DNA of 64,000 bases from Smithellaceae bacterium (lineage in GTDB: Bacteria; Desulfobacterota; Syntrophia; Syntrophales; Smithellaceae), in NCBI GenBank assembly GCA_963667845.2, contig CAXXVL010000002.1:1280001-1344000 (forward strand), written 5' to 3'. Made by a program: the position numbers and the translations under genes. Shown piece after piece: positions 57,777 to 64,000 of the stretch (its first letter is position 1; the number at the start of each line of letters is the position of its first letter). The notes below the pieces were generated by a model that did not search any database, was not told the origin of the DNA, and worked only from the letters and a program-made list of their open reading frames with translations.

Positions 57777-58379
57777 CTAAACGTTTTGGGTGCCTTCGGC
57801 GGCTTTCCGCAGATTACTGAATGCTTGGGTCAGCTCTGCGATTTGGTAACTGGCATTGAGGCCGCTGGGGTTCGGCAGCACCCAAATGCCGGCCGTTCCC
57901 ATTCGCTCAGTCTGAGGTCCGAAGACCGCCCGGGGACGCCCGAATGCCGTTCGGTAGGCGCCGATGCCGAGCAGGGCAATCCATCGTGGCGAGTAACGCA
58001 CCACTTTGCGTTCGAGGAGGCGCCGGCCATGAATCAGGTCAGCTTTCGTGAGCTCATCAGCACCAGCCGTCGCTTGGGCGACCAGGTTGGTAATGCCGAT
58101 ATGGCGGAGCAGGAGAAGGGCGCCTTCCCACGGCGCCAAAAGCCGCTCGGTAAAGCCGGAATCATGAAGGGCTCGCCAGAAGCGGTTTCCCGGCCGCGCG
58201 AAATGATAACCGACGGCGGCGGAATAGAGACCCGGATTAATTCCGCAGAACAGAACGATGAGGCCGGGCGCGATAACATCGGGCACTTTTTTGTTTGATG
58301 CCTGGCGAATTTCCTCGCGCGTCGGACGACGCGGAATTCCCTTACCCTGTCTCATGCTTTTGGCCGCCGATCTGGTCAT
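57777..58379 (-). CDS. mug: G/U mismatch-specific DNA glycosylase
   Basis: FCGINPG, HFARPGNRFW, GITNL and LPNPSGLN motifs. Confidence 0.9.
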   Translation of the reverse strand: MTRSAAKSMRQGKGIPRRPTREEIRQASNKKVPDVIAPGLIVLFCGINPGLYSAAVGYHFARPGNRFWRALHDSGFTERLLAPWEGALLLLRHIGITNLVAQATAGADELTKADLIHGRRLLERKVVRYSPRWIALLGIGAYRTAFGRPRAVFGPQTERMGTAGIWVLPNPSGLNASYQIAELTQAFSNLRKAAEGTQNV

Positions 58380-58557
58380 TTCAACAATCCTATCTGATTT
58401 CGCAGGTGATGATTAACGGCACAGCCGGAAACGCCGTCGCTGCAATTTTCTAAAGAGGTTAATCAACCATCTCGCAGCACGCTGTCGAGATATGAAATGA
58501 ACTTCATTGTTTCGCAGCAAGCGACAAGGAATTAACGCTCGTCCCGCTTAAGCGGGA

Positions 58558-59334
58558 TTAAATTCCGGCGTACCACTCGTATCCCCTGTCCTCCCAGAAG
58601 CCTCCCCTCCCGCCGGCAATCCCGGACAGATCATCGACGGCGTGAAGACGCATAACATACTTTGCCATTTTGTAACCGAGCTGCCGCTCCACACGCAGCC
58701 GAATCGGCGCGCCGTTTTTAATCGGCACCGGGTTGTCGTTCAAGTCATAGGCCAGGATCGTCTGCGGATGAAAGGCGTCTTCCAGATCGATGCTTTCATA
58801 GTAAGGCGCGCTGCCGTCTTCCTCCATGGGGTCGGCGCAGTAGAAAATAATAAAGCGGACATTGGGTTTCAGGTGCACCGTTTCGAGGAGCGCACTCAGG
58901 CGCGCTCCTTTCCACTTGCCGATGACGCTCCAGCCCTCGACGCAGTCATGGCGCGTGATCTGGGTGCGGCCCGGCAGCGTCCGCAGGTCGGCAAGTGAAA
59001 ACGACAGAGGCCGTTCCACCAGGCCCCCGACCTGCAGGCGATAGTCCTTGAACCCGCCGGCTGCCAGTGCTGCATAGTCCGGATTGTTCGGCATAGCCGT
59101 CCCGTTGCTGCGGAATTGCGGCGAAAGGTCGGCCTCGGAAAATTCCTGGGCCATCGCTTTTCGGGGCACTACGAGCCGCTGAGCTTTGTACGTCGCCTTT
59201 TCGCCCAGGCCCAGCACCTTGGGAAACCAGGTGGTTTCCGATAGTTTTTCACAGCCGCCAAGCGCCACGGCGCCCGCCCCGGCGAGCAGGCGCGCCACGA
59301 GACTGCGCCGGTTGAGCTTGCCGTCATCATTCAT
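58558..59334 (-). CDS. Molybdopterin-dependent oxidoreductase (MsrP/sulfite oxidase family), Tat-exported
   Basis: NRRSL signal; HDCVEGWS and GAPIRLRVERQLGYKMAKY motifs. Confidence 0.85.
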   Translation of the reverse strand: MNDDGKLNRRSLVARLLAGAGAVALGGCEKLSETTWFPKVLGLGEKATYKAQRLVVPRKAMAQEFSEADLSPQFRSNGTAMPNNPDYAALAAGGFKDYRLQVGGLVERPLSFSLADLRTLPGRTQITRHDCVEGWSVIGKWKGARLSALLETVHLKPNVRFIIFYCADPMEEDGSAPYYESIDLEDAFHPQTILAYDLNDNPVPIKNGAPIRLRVERQLGYKMAKYVMRLHAVDDLSGIAGGRGGFWEDRGYEWYAGI

Positions 59335-60223
59335 GATCCGCCTCCGGCTTGACCTTATAGTAACCCGTAATCATCGACCGCAGGTTGTTCCAGAAACCTG
59401 TCGTTGCGACCATAAACACATGGACGACTACAAACAGCACCAGCGCCCAGGCGATCGCAAAATGAAGCGTCCTCACGGATTGCCGGCCGAAAAAGATATC
59501 CACCCAGCCGCGGATGAGTGCATCCAACGCCGGCGACATGCCAAGCCCCATCAGGAGCATCAGGGGGATGAGGAAAAAGATCACTCCCAGGTAGGCGCAT
59601 TTCTGCAGGACGTTGTAATGTGTGGAAGCTTCACCCGCCGGATGCCGGAACCGCAGATGATCGATGATCGTTTTGCCGATCGAGCGCCAATCTTTTTTCG
59701 TCGGGACCAGATCCCGGGACAAGTGCCTGCTGCCTGCGGCATAGGACACAAAACCGAGACCATTGATCACGAACAGCCAGGCGGCAAAAAAATGCCAGCG
59801 GCGCGCCATGGCCAGCCATTGACCGGAAGGCAGGGTCATCCAGGACGGAAAGGCCCGGTCGGCTAATTCACCGGACGCGTCTCGGGAGGCGCCCAGGACG
59901 CCGGTCGTATCAAACTCGCGGCCAAAGATGCGCGTGTAGCCGGAAATATCGCCTTCATCATTTTCCCGGCTCCCGATTTCCATTATTGGCGGCCGGCCCG
60001 TGTAAGAGGACTTGCCCCAGTAGAGCGCCTGATGCGCTTCGAAAATATTGAGTCCGCTCATCAGGAGTACCGTCACGAAGACAACGTTCAGCCAATGCAT
60101 GATCCGGACAGGCCGGGGGTGCCTGTAATACGAATAGGCAAGGGGACCGGCGCAGTTCCGTCTCAGCCTTATCTTTCCGAGTCCGCGGCGGATTGTGTCA
60201 ATGATTCGTCTTAAGGTATTCAA
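59327..60223 (-). CDS. Cytochrome b subunit (YdhU/thiosulfate reductase-like)
   Basis: RIMHWLN, RRWHFF, YNVLQK and RTLHF..VVHV heme-ligand His pattern. Confidence 0.85.
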   Translation of the reverse strand: MNTLRRIIDTIRRGLGKIRLRRNCAGPLAYSYYRHPRPVRIMHWLNVVFVTVLLMSGLNIFEAHQALYWGKSSYTGRPPIMEIGSRENDEGDISGYTRIFGREFDTTGVLGASRDASGELADRAFPSWMTLPSGQWLAMARRWHFFAAWLFVINGLGFVSYAAGSRHLSRDLVPTKKDWRSIGKTIIDHLRFRHPAGEASTHYNVLQKCAYLGVIFFLIPLMLLMGLGMSPALDALIRGWVDIFFGRQSVRTLHFAIAWALVLFVVVHVFMVATTGFWNNLRSMITGYYKVKPEADHE

Positions 60224-60242
60224 CTTTTCTTAAACCACCGCC

Positions 60243-60959
60243 TTATTTCCTGGCTGCTTTGGCTACCTCTTCCAAAAGACCTGCTGCCTGATGGTTTGTG
60301 AATTTGGGGTTAATGAGAATATCTGCCGGGCCGTTGATTTTTTCTTTGTAATAAGCCTGGTTCAAACCATCCCGGGTGGCTACCACGGCGCCCTGCAAGG
60401 ATGCACCGCCATAAAGACCTTTCGATCGGGAGAAACTGAGAATATCCCCGCTTAAATTGGCGCTTTGGGCGGAGATCCCCATCCCGACCGGCCCGACGGC
60501 GACATCGGCATCAGCGCCGAACTTGAGGGTGTTCGCCAGAAAAGCATTAATGCCGCGCTCAGTCATTATCACCAGGACGACTTCCGAGGCTTCGCCGCCG
60601 ATCTGCAGCCCGATACTGGCGCCGCCAATGGTATAGAATGCCGGCCCATTCCATTTATTTCCCCCGTCTTTTGTGAGCAGCACGCCATTACCGCCCGACA
60701 GGCCGATTACATAGGCTCCTCTCAATAATTGAGGAATGATGAAGACGCCTTTGGCATCTTTCATCAAATCGCGCATAATCCCCATGTTGGAATCTGTCAT
60801 CAGATTATGGAAGGTGAATTTCGCATTCTCGACCAGCTGCTGTGCATCGGCTTTCTCATCGGCAAACGCCGGCGTCGTCTGCAGAACAATGATTCCGCAG
60901 AGCGTGAGCGCTGTTAAAACCGTCATCGACAGAAAAAAAACCTGCAATCTTTTTTTCAT
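60243..60959 (-). CDS. Ysc84/SYLF lipid-binding domain protein
   Basis: Signal peptide; AKGVFIIP, GASIGLQIGG and SRSKGLYGGASL motifs. Confidence 0.85.
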   Translation of the reverse strand: MKKRLQVFFLSMTVLTALTLCGIIVLQTTPAFADEKADAQQLVENAKFTFHNLMTDSNMGIMRDLMKDAKGVFIIPQLLRGAYVIGLSGGNGVLLTKDGGNKWNGPAFYTIGGASIGLQIGGEASEVVLVIMTERGINAFLANTLKFGADADVAVGPVGMGISAQSANLSGDILSFSRSKGLYGGASLQGAVVATRDGLNQAYYKEKINGPADILINPKFTNHQAAGLLEEVAKAARK

Positions 60960-61362
60960 TTCTTATGTCCCCTTTCATCTCCGAAATTTGAATGATCTTG
61001 CCATGTGATCCTTAAACAATCGCGTGATATTAATTAGTTCATCATGGAGATTCGGCAATAATAATTAAATGATAGAACATTAGGAGGAGAAAGCTATTGA
61101 TAGGTAAATCCGCTTGCCCCCGCGAAAGGGAGGCGGCTGCGAAAAGGCATTGACTTGGATTGAGCACATTATCGAAATCGTTTTACAAGCCCAAGTTTGT
61201 TGGGCGTGACGATTGCAATATGATGCAGGTTTTGGTAAGTATTACCTTACAATCGGACTCGTGAGCTGACCCGGGCAGCCGTGTCGATCGGTTTAAAAGC
61301 ATCGATAAGGAACAGGAGCTTTATCACATCACTTAAGGAGAAACGGAATCATTAAACATCGC

Positions 61363-63357
61363 ATGATCCTGTCCAAATATGGAATTGCAATATTCGGGAT
61401 ATTGACACTTCCTGTGATCTATTTCATCAGCCGGCAGAATTACAACCTGTTTCACAGCCTGGTGGACGGAGTAACCATTGTCATCGCCGCCAGTGCCTTT
61501 ACGATCATCTGGAATTCACGGCGTCTGGTGGACAACCATTATTTTCTCTACATCGGCATCGCCTTTCTTTTTTTCGCCATCCTGGATTTAATGCATCTGC
61601 TGGGTAACAAGAATATGGGCATACTTCCCGAGTATGGCAATCTCGGCCCCACCTTTTATATTGCCAGCAGATATGTCCTGAGCATTTCACTCTTGATCGC
61701 CCCGGTTTTTATAACCCGCAGGCTCAACACGTCTGTGATGTATGCCGTTTATTCCGGCGTTACTTTGCTTATTTTGCTTTCGATACTCTACTGGAAGATC
61801 TTTCCGATTTGCATCGTCGAAGGCGTCGGCCTGACGCCTTTCAAGGTGGTCAGCGACTATGTCATTTGCCTGATCTTACTGGGGGCGATCGGGATGCTGC
61901 TCGCCAATCGCGACTCGTTCGATTCCAGAGTGCTATGGCTTATTGTGTCTTCCATTATCTTGGCCATTGCTACCGGTCTGGCTTTCAGTCTGTATACGGA
62001 TCCCTTCGGTGTATCCAATATGATTGGTCATTTGTTTCAGATCGGTTCCTTCTATCTGGTCTACCTTGCTTTTATTGAAACGAGTCTGACCAAACCGCAA
62101 GAAATATTATACCGGAAGTTGAAACAGAATGAGGAAAAATTGACAGAAAACGTCAAGCAACTGGATTATGTCAATGCCGAATTAAAACAGGAAATCACCG
62201 AACGCAAGCGGGCTGAAGAAACAATACGCGGGAGCCGGGCAAAATTGGAGGCCGCCCTGGCCAGCATGACCGACGCCGTTTTCATTTCGGACGCTGCGGG
62301 GCAGTTTATCGAATTTAATGACGCCTTTGCGGCCTTCCATAGATTCAGGAGCAAGGACGAATGCGCCAGAACGTTTGCCGAATATCCCGACATTCTCGAC
62401 GTCTTCATGGCCGACGGGTCCCCGGCGCCGGTGGACATGTGGGCGGTACCCCGAGCCTTGCGCGGGGAGACCGACACGAATGCCGAATACACTTTGCGCC
62501 GCAAGGATACGGGCGAAACATGGGTTGGAAGCTACAGCTTCAGCCCGATTCGCGACAAGGGAGGCGCAATCGTCGGGTCGGTGGTCGTGGGTCGCGACAT
62601 TACGGAGATCAAAAAAGCGACGGAGGTGCTGAACCGGCAATCGGCCAAACTCGAGGCCGCCAATCAGGAGCTCGAGTCCTTTTCCTACTCTGTTTCCCAT
62701 GACCTGCGGGCTCCACTGCGCGCAATCGACGGATATGCCCGGATGATCTTGAAAAAGCAGGCGGACAAATTTGACCCGGAAACTGAGCGTCAATTCAATG
62801 TCATCCGGGAAAATATCGGCAGTATGAACAATCTCATTGAAGATCTGCTCGCTTTTTCACGACTGGGCCGGCAGGCCATGACTCAATCGAAGGTCAAGAT
62901 GGAAGACTTGTGCCAGGAGGTGTGGGAAGATTTAGCGACGGCGCATCAGGGCAGGCCTTTGGATTTCAAACTCGAGCCGTTGCCTCCGCTCCTGGGCGAT
63001 CCGGCGCTTATTAAACAGGTGTTCAAAAACCTTCTCGAAAATGCAGTGAAATTTACCAAAATAAGGGATGCGGCTCTGATCGAAGCCGGCAGCTTCGTCA
63101 GGGAAAACGAGATTGTCTATTACGTGCGGGACAACGGCATTGGTTTTGATATGCGCTACTACAATAAACTGTTCAGCGTCTTTCAGCGTCTTCATGGTCC
63201 GGACGATTATGAGGGCACGGGGATCGGTCTGTCCATCGTCCAGCGGATCATCCTGAGGCATGGAGGACGGGTCTGGGCGGAAGCAAAAGAAAACGAGGGT
63301 GCCACTTTTTATTTTTCATTTCCCTTGGACATCCGGCAAGATAAGGCTGCGTCCTGA
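61363..63357 (+). CDS. MASE3-PAS sensor histidine kinase
   Basis: Multi-TM N-terminus (NYNLFHSL), PAS domain, H-box SHDLRAPL, N box NAVKF, G boxes DNGIG and GTGIGL. Confidence 0.88.
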   Translation: MILSKYGIAIFGILTLPVIYFISRQNYNLFHSLVDGVTIVIAASAFTIIWNSRRLVDNHYFLYIGIAFLFFAILDLMHLLGNKNMGILPEYGNLGPTFYIASRYVLSISLLIAPVFITRRLNTSVMYAVYSGVTLLILLSILYWKIFPICIVEGVGLTPFKVVSDYVICLILLGAIGMLLANRDSFDSRVLWLIVSSIILAIATGLAFSLYTDPFGVSNMIGHLFQIGSFYLVYLAFIETSLTKPQEILYRKLKQNEEKLTENVKQLDYVNAELKQEITERKRAEETIRGSRAKLEAALASMTDAVFISDAAGQFIEFNDAFAAFHRFRSKDECARTFAEYPDILDVFMADGSPAPVDMWAVPRALRGETDTNAEYTLRRKDTGETWVGSYSFSPIRDKGGAIVGSVVVGRDITEIKKATEVLNRQSAKLEAANQELESFSYSVSHDLRAPLRAIDGYARMILKKQADKFDPETERQFNVIRENIGSMNNLIEDLLAFSRLGRQAMTQSKVKMEDLCQEVWEDLATAHQGRPLDFKLEPLPPLLGDPALIKQVFKNLLENAVKFTKIRDAALIEAGSFVRENEIVYYVRDNGIGFDMRYYNKLFSVFQRLHGPDDYEGTGIGLSIVQRIILRHGGRVWAEAKENEGATFYFSFPLDIRQDKAAS

Positions 63358-63641
63358 AAAAGCGGGCGGCTGCGGACTCGACCTTTAATGTCCTTGCCCC
63401 GGGCCCCGGAGGTCATCGAGGGTTCCGAATAGAAATTCCGGGAATTGCGGGGGAAAACAGCCATTTTGAGTGGCAGTGGCTATTTTTTACAACGTGCGTT
63501 ATAAGAGGCTCTTGACGTGACCTTATAGGTGTGATAACGCCTCAGAATAACTTTGAGCTGCGTCGTTGAATGGTGTTAATCTCTGGGATATCAAGAAAAC
63601 GATTTCATCGTTAAAATACAAAAAATATATTAGGAGGAGTT

Positions 63642-64000
63642 ATGAGCAGAGAAGTTGTATTTGTAGATGGTGTTAGGACGGCCTTTGGAACATTCGGCAA
63701 AACCCTGCGCAACATTCTGGGCGAAGAGCTGGCCGGCATGGCCATCAAGGGTCTTGTCCAAAGATCAAAGGTTATTGAAAAAGGTGGAGTAGTTGAAGGT
63801 GTTTTCATGGGCTCGGCCATCGGACCCAGCACAGCCATTAACGGCGCTCGCTGGCCCGTCCTGGCTTCCGGTCTTCCGGAGAGCACGGTGGCTTCTTATG
63901 TTGAAATGCAATGCGGTTCCGCGATTGATTCCATCAATCACGCCGCCTGGAAAATTCTGGCCGGTCAGGCGGACATCATGATCGCCGGCGGTTACGAATC
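63642..64000 (+). CDS. Thiolase (acetyl-CoA C-acyltransferase), 5' part
   Basis: AGGAGG RBS; MSREVVFVDGVRTAFG...EMQCGSAIDSINHAA..IAGGYE; runs off the window edge. Confidence 0.9.
   Translation, partial: MSREVVFVDGVRTAFGTFGKTLRNILGEELAGMAIKGLVQRSKVIEKGGVVEGVFMGSAIGPSTAINGARWPVLASGLPESTVASYVEMQCGSAIDSINHAAWKILAGQADIMIAGGYE

Noticed and set aside
51421..58400. Further attC sites among the small accessory genes
   Set aside because: No convincing R''/L''/L'/R' arrangement was found by eye between these ORFs.
61100..61150. Possible c-di-GMP-I riboswitch (GGTAAA..GAAA..GCGAAA) upstream of the kinase
   Set aside because: Only a loose resemblance; the second stem and conserved motif could not be identified. 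An Infernal/Rfam search would be needed.

Overview
Bacterial chromosomal window. Gene content (T2SS with a PilM-like GspL, dapL, many acyl-CoA and fatty-acid enzymes, MASE3 kinase) suggests an anaerobic Desulfobacterota member such as Syntrophales/Smithella; this is an inference. It contains: an AmpG/SpoIID peptidoglycan module; a FlhG-like ATPase with a J-domain/HTH partner; a type II secretion operon in the order gspF-G-H-I-J-K-L-M-N-C-(ExeA/TPR)-D-E; dapF-dapL-ychF-ridA; serS with two tRNA-Ser genes and a duplicated tRNA 3' end; murJ-DUF167-yggT and proC; a TetR-linked block with two ~95% identical 4-hydroxybutyryl-CoA dehydratase-like genes, an SDR, a flavin oxidoreductase and hydrolases; and a mixed accessory tail. 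The most interesting signal is an integrase-less integron-type cassette array at ~39.9-41.6 kb. It has one intact attC, one truncated attC, an attI-like entry site and a HEPN-like cassette, and it is bracketed by inverted TAGGCTG heptamer clusters. The left window edge appears to have the same architecture around an SRA-type nuclease gene that the ORF track missed. There are also several structured intergenic repeat families, two single-base frameshifts, a Tat-signal IorA-like protein and a lipoprotein-signal RidA. No CRISPR array, rRNA or transposase was seen.
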